From: Bugula neritina
Taxonomy: Eukaryota > Animalia > Bryozoa
Direction: 5' to 3'
Length of the DNA: 64,000 bases
Assembly (NCBI GenBank): GCA_964035545.1
Contig: CAXIUT010000134.1
Coordinates: forward strand, 1 to 64,000
This document shows, in pieces, positions 36,001 to 48,413 of this stretch (positions within the stretch are counted from its first letter, which is position 1; each line of letters starts with the position of its first letter). A program made the position numbers and the translations under genes. The notes below the pieces were generated by a model, which ran no database searches, was not told the origin of the DNA, and was given only the letters and a program-made list of their open reading frames with translations.

Positions 36001-38634
36001 GAATATATAGTATCATAGTATTAGAATATATAGTATCATAGTATTAGAATATATAGTATCATACTATTAGAATATATAGTATCATAGTATTAGAGTATAT
36101 AGTATCATAGTATTAGAATATATAGTATCATAGTATTAGAATATATAGTATCATAGTATTAGAATATATAGTATCATAGTATTAGAGTATATAGTATCAT
36201 AGTATTAGAATATATAGTATCATAGTATTAGAATATATAGTATCATTGTATTAGAATATATAGTATCATAGTATTAGAATATATAGTATCATACTATTAG
36301 AATATATAGTATCATAGTATTAGAGTATATAGTATCATAGTATTAGAATATATAGTATCATAGTATTAGAATATATAGTATCATAGTATTAGAATATATA
36401 GTATCATAGTATTAGGATATATAGTATCATACTATTAGAATATATAGTATCATAGTATTAGAGTATATAGTATCATAGTATTAGAATATATAGTATCATA
36501 GTATTAGAGTATATAGTATCATAGTATTAGAATATATAGTATCATAGTATTAGAATATATAGTATCATAGTATTAGAGTATATAGTATCATAGTATTAGA
36601 ATATATAGTACCATAGTATTAGAATATATAGTATCATAGTATTAGAATATATAGTATCATAGTATTAGAATATATAGTATCATAGTATTAGAGTATATAG
36701 TATCATAGAATTAGAATATATAGTATCATAGTATTAGAATATATAGTATCATAGTATTAGAATATATAGTATCATAGTATTAGAATATATAGTATCATAG
36801 TATTAGAATATAGAGTATCATAGTATTAGAGTATATAGTATCATAGTATTAGAGTATATAGTATCATAGTATTAGAATATATAGTATCATAGTATTAGAA
36901 TATATAGTATCATAGTATTAGAATATATAGTATCATAGTATTAGAGTATATAGTATCATAGTATTAGAGTATATAGTATCATAGTAATAGAGTATATAGT
37001 ATCATAGTATTAGAATATATAGTATCATAGTATTAGAGTATATAGTATCATAGTATTAGAATATAGAGTATCATAGTATTAGAGTATATAGTATCATAGC
37101 ATTAGAGTATATAGGGTCATAGTATTAGGGTATAGAGTATCATAGTATTAGAGTATATAGTATCATAGTATTAGAATATATAGTATCATAGTATTAGAAT
37201 ATATAGTATCATAGTATTAGAATATATAGTATCATAGTATTAGAATATATAGTATCATAGTATTAGAATATATAGTATCATAGTATTAGAATATAGAGTA
37301 TCATAGTATTAGAGTATATAGTATCATAGTATTAGAATATATAGTATCATAGTATTAGAATATATAGTATCATAGTATTAGAGTATATAGTATCATAGTA
37401 TTAGAATATATAGTATCATAGTATTAGAATATATAGTATCATAGTATTAGAGTATATAGTATCATAGTATTAGAGTATATAGTATCATAGTATTAGAATA
37501 TATAGTATCATAGTATTAGAGTATATAGTATCATAGTATTAGAGTATATAGTATCATAGTATTAGAGTATAGAGTTTCATAGTATTAGAATATATAGTAT
37601 CATAGTATTAGAATATATAGTATCATAGTATTAGAGTATATAGTATCATAGTATTAGAATATAGAGTATCATAGTATTAGAATATATAGTATCATAGTAT
37701 TAGAATATATAGTATCATAATATTAGAATATATAGTATCATAGTATTAGAATATAGAGTATCATAGTATTAGAATAATTATATAGTATCATAGTATTAGA
37801 GTATATAGTATCATAGTATTAGAATATATAGTATCATAGTATTAGGGTATATAGTATCATAGTATTAGAATATATAGTATCATAGTATTAGAATATATAG
37901 TATCATAGTATTAGAGTATATAGTATCATAGTATTAGAATATATAGTATCATAGTATTAGAATATAGAGTATCATAGTATTAGAATAATTATATAGTATC
38001 ATAGTATTAGAATATATAGTATCATAGTATTAGAATATAGAGTATCATAGTATTAGAATATATAGTATCATAGTATTAGAATATATAGTATCATAGTATT
38101 AGAATATATAGTATCATAGTATTAGTATATATAGTATCATAGTATTAGAATATATAGTATCATAGTATTAGAATATATAGTATCATAGTATTAGAGTATA
38201 GAGTATCATAGTATCAGAATATATAGTATCTTAGTATTAGAGTATATAGTATCATAGTATTAGAGTATATAGCACCATAGTATTAGAATATATAGTATCA
38301 TAGTATTAGAATATAGAGTATCATAGTATTAGAATATATAGTATTATAGTATTAGAGTATATAGTATCATAGTATTAGAATATATAGTATCATAGTATTA
38401 GAATATATAGTATCATAGTATTAGAATATATAGTATCATAGTATTAGAGTATAGAGTATCATAGTATCAGAATATATAGTATCTTAGTATTAGAGTATAT
38501 AGTATCATAGTATTAGAGTATATAGTACCATAGTATTAGAATATATAGTATCATAGTATTAGAATATAGAGTATCATAGTATTAGAATATATAGTATTAT
38601 AGTATTAGAGTATATAGTATCATAGTATTAGAAT
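1..38634. repeat. 23-bp tandem satellite array, left block (consensus TAGTATCATAGTATTAGAATATA), runs off the left window edge
   Basis: ATAGTATTAG recurs every 23 bp from position 1. Common variants are GAATAT/GAGTAT, TATATAG/TATAGAG and CATAGT/CATACT, with rare +2 (TATATAGAG) and +4 (GAATAATTATA) monomers. It ends abruptly at ...ATTAGAAT|CAGTG. Confidence 0.99.
38627..38634 (+). repeat. Left target-site duplication ATTAGAAT
   Basis: Immediately precedes CAGTG and is identical to 58715-58722. Confidence 0.9.
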
Positions 38635-39699
38635 CAGTGCATCACACGGCTTTTACGACTGTCAGGGTCGATCCTCATTTTGCCATTTCGCGATATTAGC
38701 CGCAATAAACAATATATTTTCGTGCGATAACATCGACTGTCTAGGGCGCTACTGTTGACGAATCAGAACAAAGAGAGCACATGAGCGCTGTAAACATGTA
38801 CGTGTTGTTATGGTTACTAATGATGATCTGCTACGTAATTTTTGTAGTAGACAACTCTCACAGAAATCATTAATTTGTCTTTTTATTATTTAGCTAACAA
38901 CTTTTGCCTAGAAAAAAGCAAAGGTAAGGTGGCTCAAGCAATCCTGTATTTTTTTAGAATGTTTTAGCTTAAATTCTGTTTGGTTTATCCTACTAGAATG
39001 TTACCTGCTGCAGCATCAACACTATCATTGCAAAACTATATCTACTTATAACAAAATCTTGATGCACATAGCAAAATTATCTACTTTATTGTGGCGGATG
39101 TGCAAGAGTTTGGAGTCATCTCATCAATTACACATAGCAACAGAAGAACACAATATAGAAATAACAGAAAGCCAAAGACAGTATACCTTTATTTTTAACC
39201 AAAAAAGAATTTTGTTAAACATTATATTGTTTAGTTCACCATAAAAAAACTGATTTTACAAGTGGTTACATCTTTTCCGAAAATAAAAGTGCCATGAAGC
39301 AGCCGAAAATGAAGTCGTCCGCTCACCAGACACCTAAAAAATAATTATGCAACATGATATTTTTAAAATTAAACACAGATATGCAAAAGTCATCACCTAC
39401 ATAATTTTTTATAAATTTAACAAGCTTGTTTAGTGAAAGTGTATAATACAAACACTAATGTTGATAGCGAAAATGCCATGTTCATGCAAGATAGTAAATC
39501 AATATAAATAAGGAGTCATATCATATCTATGTTATATATGTATTCAATTCTGGTTTATGCTTTATGCCTTTAACTATGAGTGCACAACCACTAATCCTAT
39601 TTCTACCAACACCATCTCTACCACTAACAGTACTAACGTCAGAATCAAAAGCAACTTCACCACTACTACTAATAATGTTATTATTTTATTATTATTACT

Positions 39700-39723
39700 T
39701 CTACTACTATACTACTGCTACTA

Positions 39724-39766
<43 letters not shown>

Positions 39767-40275
39767 GCTACTGCTACTACTACTACTGCTACTACTACTA
39801 CTACTACTACTGCTACTACTACTACTACTACTACTACTGCTGCTACTGCTGCTGCTACTACTTCTACTACTGCTACTACTACTGCTACTGCTGCTGCTAC
39901 TACTTCTACTACTGCTACTACTACTGCTACTACTACTACTGCTACTACTACTTCTACTACTGCTACTACTACTACTACTGCTGCTACTACTGCTACTGCT
40001 GCTGCTGCTGCTGCTGCTACTACTTCTACTACTGCTACTACTACTGCTACTGCTGCTGCTACTACTTCTACTACTGCTACTACTACTGCTACTACTACTA
40101 CTGCTACTACTACTTCTACTACTGCTACTACTACTGCTGCTACTACTGCTACTGCTGCTGCTGCTACTACTTCTACTACTACTACTACTACTACTAACTA
40201 GTACTACTACTGCTACTACTACCAGTACTGCTGCTACTACTACTTTTACCACTACTGCCGCCACCACCACTACTA
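39700..40275. repeat. Compound trinucleotide microsatellite (ACT/GCT/TCT)n
   Basis: About 570 bp of ACT triplets interspersed with GCT and TCT. It produces the spurious poly-T, poly-L and poly-S ORFs. Confidence 0.97.
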
Positions 40276-40448
40276 ATATTGTTTCTACTACAAGTACTGT
40301 AAATCTTACCAGCAGCAAGTTATATTGGAAACTGTTTGCTCATTTTATCATTGTATTAGTGCAATAACAAAATGTTTATATTTTAATATAGTCAAACCTT
40401 TTAAAAAACTAGGCTGCTACTTATGAACTAAGAAGTTGTGCTACCCAC

Positions 40449-42489
40449 CTTGATATGCACTCGGCTCCAACACCAAGCAGGTGGTTATGATGCTTCTCCA
40501 CAATGGCCAGGCCATCCAGCTGTCCGATTGTATGCATCTACGTAAAAATTATTGGCATATGGTGCAAGAAATGATTAAAAACCAGATAGGTGTGCTAGAA
40601 TTTATACAGCATAATATAGAGTAAGGTAAAAGAGAACAGACCGTCAAGTGGTACAGCATAGAAACAATTACTAGCTATTATATGCTTTGTAGAAGTTGGC
40701 AAATTGTAGCCCACTAGATATGAACTTTGGTTAGCATTTTATTTTGGCTTTCAGCAACTGCTTTAATCAATAATCTTGGTAAAACCAATATGTTTACAAA
40801 TTAACACCTCCACTAGATAGGTATACAGGTCAAAATATTCCAATTGGTGACATACTAAAAGAAAATGTATATTTATTCATCTTTGAAAGATTGCTAATAA
40901 TTTATAAAACAGCGTCGAAATCACTAAAGTAACAGCGCAAATAAGTTTATTAAACAGCATTATAGGATTGCCTATTACTAGTTTCATGATTTCTATTATT
41001 TTACTGGTTTTAAACATAATATAGGCTGAAAAAGCAATATTAGTTCTCTCACTTTTGCTAACTACATTGCTTGGAAGGCCATCATAATTAGATCAGATCA
41101 AACAAATGTGTTGACAGGTAGACTGGAACAGGCCTAAAATTTGCAAGGTATAATTTAAATTTATCTGGCCTGAAATTGCTGAAACTGACAATACAATAAT
41201 ATGAGAAACAAGCAGGGTTTTTTAATAAAGCTAGCAAAAATAATTCCTCTACATATAATTAACATACAGTCCATACATATAATATATTACTATGTCCAGG
41301 CAGCAGTGCTTGTTCTAGCCAAAAGAAAACTGATTTAATGGCTGATTTTAATGGCCAACAAGAAATTTATGGCGCACAGTGGCATTGTCATATTTTTAAT
41401 ATTCAAAATTACAGTTCTAATCTATCAATCATTTTATCAATACTACTATACTATGATCTACTACTGCTGCTGGTTCTACCACTGCTACCATACTGCTGAG
41501 TAATGCAAGCTAAGTAATTTAAATTGCAATTAAAAAAATTATCGGACTTTCTTTTCTATTACCTGTCCAGTTTAGCATTTCTTTCATCATAGCTTGCCAT
41601 AGTAACTTGAAAATTCACAGGGTTTGAGTTAGACCTATGGAATATACTTACAAGTAGAATGAACCCACAGTTCTGCAATATATCATAAAAACATTCAAAA
41701 TAAAACTATAGGAAAACCAAGTAAATGCTTCTAAGTATTAGTGCAAGTAAAGATGCTATGCAATCTATCCAACAAGCAGCCAAATGTCTCAAAATAAGCT
41801 TCAGAGTTATAAATATAAAATGTTTCCAAATCAAGGCTAGCAACACTTCTGTTGTTGTGATAGCAAATTTTGCTTAATAAAGTAAGGAAACCAGCTTCCC
41901 TTGCATGACTCAATTTCTATTAAAGAAAAATTATACTCTCCTATAATCGCTGAAACACAGGCCTGTCACAAGTACATGAATGGTAAATCTAGATGTTTCC
42001 CTAAAACCATCATCAAAACAGTAAACACACTGCAAAATATTTATTTTTACTTTTTCTGCTCAAACATTTAAATGGGCTCTGCAGGATATGACAAATACCA
42101 AAATAATTCCGCTTTGTGAACTAGCAAATATGGACAAACACCCTAATATTCACGCCAATAGAAAAGTCTACGCATTTTGTGTTCTCAGCATTCTTCCTTG
42201 TGGATGAAAAAAATGGGCAACATGTGGACTGCAAGAATCAAAGCTCAGCACTTTTCATACCTGGAGTTTAAAATGCATGTTGAGTAAAATCTGGGAAGAT
42301 AAAATGGTAAATGAAGATGTATTTGAAATCACAGACCCGGATTCTCCATCGTCAAAACTGAATTTCTTCTGTCTTCACTGGGCTGGTCAACATGCCAAAG
42401 TATCTCATCCACCGCACTCGATTGCATGCATTAATATCAAAAGGAACTCATCCAGCTAGAAGAACTTATATCTAAGGTTTGAGGATGTC
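40449..42489 (-). pseudogene. Degenerate exon-like remnants of a minus-strand gene inside the element, product unknown
   Basis: AG/GT-bounded segments on -: 42489-42261, 41634-41563 (SNSNPVNFQVTMASYDERNAKLDR) and 40537-40449. A further segment ~41916-41731 has a good acceptor and reads KLSHAREAGFLTLLSKICYHNNRSVASL. Stops and frameshifts prevent a continuous ORF. Confidence 0.35.
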
Positions 42490-43849
42490 CTGAAACAAGA
42501 GCTTAAGGAATTTTACATAAAATCCAATCAATTTACCACCTCCCAAATGAAGGCAAAGCATTCATGCAGGATGGGCATTCAACACTGAAAACAATATAAA
42601 GGGATCCATGGCTAGATGTTCAAGACATGAATGCTAAGGGTGTCATGCATATGATCACTGAGATATTTATGACAATCTCTCAATATACCTTAGCATATTA
42701 AATATGCTTGTAGTTATAGCTATTACTATAGTTGTTATATATGCTACTAACTAACAAGCAATAACCGTATTACAAACATAGGTGAATGAGAAAAATAATT
42801 CAATAGTGGTGATATCAGTATGGGTATTATAATTTAGCAATTGGCATAAAAATTAAAAATGATGAATGTAATGATGGTTAAAGTTATTAGATACCTAAAC
42901 TTATACCTATATTAATTAAAACAGTGACTTGTTGAAATATAAATAAATTAATATTCATTAAAACTTCATTGAATTAAAAGATAATTTTGAAGCAAAATGA
43001 ACAGTTAAAATAAATTTATTCACAATAATTTTAACCCTTTATGATCAACCTTAAAATTAAAACTCAAGTATTTGTAGCAAAGTTTTGAATAAAGTTGGAT
43101 TTTGCAACGGTTTGAGATACTTTCACTAGCACTATGTGCATAACTGTATAAGTTTCATCATATTGATACAGTTACATACTCATACTCAAATATATAGTAA
43201 CATTCTCAATAAATCAGGTATTAGTATTGAGATTGCGTTGGTCGAGATAACATCATGGTTACTCACTTATGGTTGTATACTTTAGCTTATACTTCTAGTT
43301 AAATGTACTACTGCCCTATTATTAAACTTAATCTTAGTCTGTCATCACTTAGAAAACATAGTTCAGTCTTGAGGCAAATCAGTTTGAGTGTCGTTAGTTT
43401 CATTACCAGTAGTCATTAGATTTAGTCAGTGTACTTGAAATTTATTGATCAATATTACCATCAAATTTAAGTGACTATTATTATGAATACTATATCCATC
43501 AAATATCAAAAACTGCAAACTTAATAAGTATGATTAAGAAAATCACAGCCAACATGGCGATGATTGAATTGTATGCTCGTGCTATTGAGATTCCTAACAT
43601 AAAGGTTAACCTCACATAATGATTAGATAACAATCATATTCAATTTTTCATTACTGCCATTTGTTAGGAAAAGCATCCAGTCATAATTGCTCCTATGCTC
43701 CAAATAAATAATTCCTTAGCCCCATTTAACAAAAAAACCTTTCCCATCAGGGGTTTCTCACAGGGATGCCAACTATAAACTTGCACAAGTTTTATTTAAT
43801 AGTAAATTAATTTACTTATATAAAAATTATTACATTCACAGTGATACAT

Positions 43850-46400
43850 TGATGGTCATAATATTTTATATATCAATATCATCATTATGATACAATTATC
43901 ACTATTACTATTAGTATTACTATATGATAACTTATCAATAAAACTTCATAAAGTTCATGAAAAACATTAAATATAACAATTTAATCAAAACTAAATCAAT
44001 GCCAAAGGGCAAGGTAGAGTCAAAATTAAATAAGCTATAGGGCGTAGGCTATAAGTATAAGTATAATTATCACTATAAAACTAAGTGACTGATGAGTTGG
44101 TACTTGGTAGCATAAACATAAAATGAGCATAAACAAACATAAACTAAAACACCATTACATATATGATTTATGACCCTTAGGTTTCTACTTTTAATTTTAG
44201 CTTTACCTTGTCTTTTGGCATTGGTTATTGTATTAGTTTAGGTTACACCACTATCAATTACTATGACTATGAATATGAGTGAGTAGCCTTGCCCGTAGAA
44301 CTAGGAGTAGGAGTAGATCACTAGTAGTAGAAGTATGGGTATCGGGGTATGACTATAAGTATAACTCATAGTCACAGTATGAGTATCTTACTGAAAGTGA
44401 TACTCATAAACCTAAAGTGATAATCATAATGATACTCAGCATGACATGTAAGGTGTATGATACTCAGTCTCAGTTATACAGAGTAGAATATCAAACTTTA
44501 AGTTTAACTGCTACTTTAAAGTAGGACTTAGACATCACCATTTATGGGTATGTCATACCGTCATAGACTATAGACATAGTATAAGGTTCTAATACTATAA
44601 GCATAACTATTACTATTAGTATTACTACTATAAGTATAAGTCTTTAAGTTTAAGTATAACTATATTTACTATTGATCAATTTCGATTTGATACTATCACT
44701 ATTAGTATTAGTATTACACTTTACAGTATTACTATTAGTATTAGTTGGTCCCATACTGATAGTGATACTCATATCACTACCATTATGATTATCATAATCA
44801 TTATGATTATGATTAAGAGTACTACAGTGATAGTTATACCCACATTTATGCTGATTACTAATTTAATATCACTCTAATCAGTAACTGTTATCACTATGAC
44901 TATCAGTGAATTATTTATCATTTTATGATTTTATCATAGTCATAATGAAACTGATTGAGTGATACTTATAGTAATAGTTATAGCTATACTGGCAGTGATA
45001 CTGATAGTGATACTGATAGACTTAGACTTAGAGTGAGAGTCAGAGAGAGAGTGATATTCATATTTATAAATATGATTATTATTATTATAAGTATAACATT
45101 AACTAAGAGTAAGAGCAAATGTAATGTCTAATCGTGACATTATAACTATTACCATTAGTGCATTCGTATTAGTATTACTATTAGTAGTAGTATTACTAAT
45201 AATTATTAATCTATTTTTCAATAATAACCATGCATATGCCCTAGCCTATAAGTTTGAGTACGCCTATGGTATTCCTAATTTAAATTGGATCTTTGGGTCA
45301 TTTGATCAAAGGAGCAGCGGACTCCGATTAGGCATTGGACCTTGGGGCGAGGTTCAAGTAAAACCGATATTCGGTCAAAACAGGTCTAGTCTATCATAGT
45401 GGCCAGTAATTTATCTGCGCAAGCTTACTCGCCTCTTGTGTTCATAATAAATTCGGCCTAACTGCTCCGCAAATGGGGCGATAATCATAAGTTTCATAAT
45501 AATATATTATTAGAGACTAATTTAGTATGTACAGTATACACATGTTAGTAATTACAATCTAGTTCCATTCTTCAAGAAAACCCATTACGAATCAGGTTGG
45601 TACTATTGCTATTAGGTTGATAATATTATTAGTAAAACAATGTGCTCATTTTTGATATAAATTATTATTACTACTAGTACAGTAGACGTAGTAGTACTAG
45701 TAGTAGTAGTAGTAGTACAGTAGTACTAGTAGTAGTAGTAGTACTCTAGTTACTAGTAGTAGTACTAGTAGACCTACTAGTAGTTCTGATGTCTAATACC
45801 TTAATAGTTAGTTATTACTATTACTGATTACTCAATTAGTATTACCAGTAGGTAGTAAGAGTAAGTCTAATCTAATGCTGTAATAGATAATTTTTATGAC
45901 TATCACTACGCCCTATGACTATGAGTTGGTATCAAGTTATATTTCATTATTAATTGATTATGCGTTTGTTTACTAAGAAAAATCTAATGGTAGTCTCAGT
46001 CCGTTAACTTATATTTAGTTATAATCACTTACAGTACTGATTCTTTCTCTTTCAATTTGGAACTTCGTTGTTTTCTGTTCCAATAATTATAATCATAATG
46101 CAATAAATTTAAAAGTTACCCAGTGTGAGTGACTAACTAACTACAATTTAGGTTCATTCTTGATGAAAACACTATGAGTATAACTATAAGTATTTACTCA
46201 CTTATAATCGACGCAATAGTAATAAAAAGAAGTTTTGCAATGAATTGGGATCCTAGCCTGGAGCTGGTGAAATTGCATATAGCTAATTAACACGGGGTAT
46301 ATTATGTTTCTGAATATTATTATATGTATTTAACTGTTAAGAATGTAGTGAACAATATTGGTGTATAGATAATTAGGGTTCACTATTACTATGAGTGTCC
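43850..46400. other. Low-complexity TAG/ACT/TGA/ATC-rich zone of micro-tandem duplications around a CpG-containing core (~45220-45480)
   Basis: Many 3-6 bp stutters: AGTATAAGTATAA, GAGTAGGAGTAGGAGTAG-like runs, GATACTGATAGTGATACTGATAG, GACTTAGACTTAG. It lies between the two divergent gene remnants. Confidence 0.7.
45670..45785. repeat. Imperfect (TAG)n microsatellite with ACTAGT/AGTACT palindromic interruptions
   Basis: TAGTAGTAGTAGTAGTACAGTAGTACTAGTAGTAGTAG... read directly. Confidence 0.9.
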
Positions 46401-46505
46401 TAGTCATAGTTGAAAATAAGATGTTCATAATGGTCATTCTCAAAATATAAAAATATATGCATAACCATTAACAAGTTGAAAATATTTGTTTAAAATGATT
46501 TATAG

Positions 46506-47986
46506 ACCATGGATAACGATGAATAAAGCTATTCAGTCTGTTTATCCCAACTTGAGGCTTTGGCAGAAAAAGGTATCGAGGAAGATAAAATCAAAAATGG
46601 TACTGAAACAATTTGCAACTTGAAAAACGATGATTGAAAAGGCGTCAAGAAAGTAAGTGCATGTTATACTAACTATGATGAGTTTTGTAGCTTGGTTTTT
46701 AATCAGTTTTCTCCATACACAATATTGAATTTGTTCAATCTTTTAGAATTGTCACAAACCTGTTAGACCAAGCTGAAAATATAAGTGATGAGTTGAAAAA
46801 AGCTGCCTCAGAGCAATTGACAGGTTATTTTTACATCTATTCTAAAGAAAAGTTCTGGTGAATACATAAATGTTGTTTTTGTACTGGCACAATTTTTGCT
46901 GCACAATTTTGATATGTTCATTTTAGATTTTGATAAACATAACCATCACACAATGATCCTAAATGTTGTAGTACTGTAAATGGCGAAAATGAAAAATTAT
47001 TGCGTGAACGTAAAGTTTCCTACCTAATTTTGTATTTTAGCCACCTAATCAACTTGTAAAAACACGAATAAATAATATTAAGTCCAAATTAGGCTTTTTA
47101 CAGCCAATAAGCACCTGATAATATTCATGTATTTATGGCTCATAGAATGTAATGAATTGTACATACAACTTCTTTATCTCACTTTCAAAATACTGTCAGA
47201 CACCTATATATATGCTAACTTTTTTACTACAATTTAAGGCTGTTTATGTTTTCAGATGTTCAACAATTGTTAGAACTCCTTGAGCAGTATGCCCGACAGC
47301 CTCAAAGAGCACCAATGTATATAGAGGCTACCTCAGTTAAATGGGACAAAATCCGATCAATTCTTCATAGGAATACAATTACTGGCATGGGAACTAGGAA
47401 ACTCTTGATTAGTAGGTAATTTTTAGTAACTTTTATTTTAATTAACCAGCCATCACCAATTTTAGGTGTTGTTACTATTATTTTGCATTTTTTATACCCA
47501 ACAATTTATAATGTGTTGTTTTAAGCTAAAACACTGTTTTAGCTTGTAATCTATGTTTTAGGTGAAAGGCTGTCTCTACTCCCATCAACTTGCCAATTGT
47601 GTAACAATACAATGGTTAAAAAATTTGTAGCTTACACCCTCAAAGTCATCTCTATAATCAATGGTAAATTATTCAAATTGTCCAATCAAATTCTAAAAAA
47701 TATTTGGGTCATTTGTGTTTCAAATAATCGCTAGTATTTTATATTATATTTAAGTGAAGTGAAATTATTGGTCATCTATGTTTATTCAATCAGTTGTCAA
47801 TTATGCATTTATCTGTTACATGATAACTTCTAGAGTATACATATAATTTCTTAACATTTTTGCCTTATTTAGCTATTGTTATAATTTGCTTCTCACAATT
47901 TCATATATTGACACTATCTTTTTTCTAGGGCGCACTGAAACGGTGATTCTCCTTATTGTGAGCTATGCTCATGGACACGTGTTCAA
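46506..47986 (+). pseudogene. Multi-exon Cys-rich gene remnant, possibly the N-terminal part of a CxC3-type KDZ-family transposase
   Basis: Five AG/GT-bounded, phase-compatible exons: 46506-46652, 46747-46823, 47256-47411, 47562-47663, 47929-47986. They splice to PWITMNKAIQSVYPNLRLWQKKVSRKIKSKMVLKQFAT*KTMIEKASRKIVTNLLDQAENISDELKKAASEQLTDVQQLLELLEQYARQPQRAPMYIEATSVKWDKIRSILHRNTITGMGTRKLLISERLSLLPSTCQLCNNTMVKKFVAYTLKVISIINGRTETVI, with a frameshifted PYCELCSW next. There is one in-frame TGA at 46621. More decayed exon-like pieces lie at ~48455-48790 and 49452-49560. The gene structure is well supported; the family call is by eye. Confidence 0.55.
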
Positions 47987-48340
47987 GTGAGTGAAAATTT
48001 TCCTAAACTCAGGCTGTGGCCACTAACTCCCCAAGGAAAAGTATTCGTGACCTTCAGTTATTTGTTACACATCAGCACCTTACAGCATCATTCTCCAACT
48101 TTAAGCATGAAACGCTTGTTCTCTAGTCTAAAGTTCTTGGCAGTATTGGATGGCAGGGTTAATTTTATTAGTTTTTAATGCTTTCGAACACATTTGTTCA
48201 TTTACTATTTGTTCACTGTTAAAATGTAGCATTCATTTATAAGCTTTTTATAATCGTAAATTTGCATGCTAAAAGAAGTTAGCATAATTTATTACTCCCC
48301 TGCACAGTTTTACTGGATGTGGATGCTTAACATCAAAGAT

Positions 48341-48413
48341 GGCTTTTACTGGGCAGTGAACCCATGACTACTGGCTTACTAAACCAGATTTCTAAACCCT
48401 AGGCCACAGCTGC
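48341..48413 (-). pseudogene. tRNA-derived (Thr-AGT-like) SINE head or tRNA pseudogene
   Basis: Minus strand reads GCAGCTGTGGCCTAGGGTTTAGAAATCTGGTTTAGTAAGCCAGTAGTCATGGGTTCACTGCCCAG. It has an A-box-like TGGCCTAGGG, a stem CTGGT/GCCAG around loop TTAGTAA and a B-box-like GGTTCA. The acceptor stem is broken. Confidence 0.55.

Noticed and set aside
1-38634. CRISPR array or telomeric repeat
   Set aside because: There are no unique spacers, monomers are head-to-tail, and the unit is not a G-rich telomere motif.
39557-40367. Three long ORFs (poly-Thr mucin-like, poly-Leu, poly-Ser)
   Set aside because: They are different reading frames of the same ACT/GCT microsatellite, with no non-repetitive coding signal.
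45124-45399. 91-aa ORF with an apparent transmembrane or signal segment
   Set aside because: The hydrophobic stretch comes from TTA/GTA stutters in the low-complexity zone, and there is no other support.
48341-48413. Functional tRNA-Thr gene
   Set aside because: The acceptor stem and T-arm are degenerate, so it is kept only as a tRNA-derived remnant.
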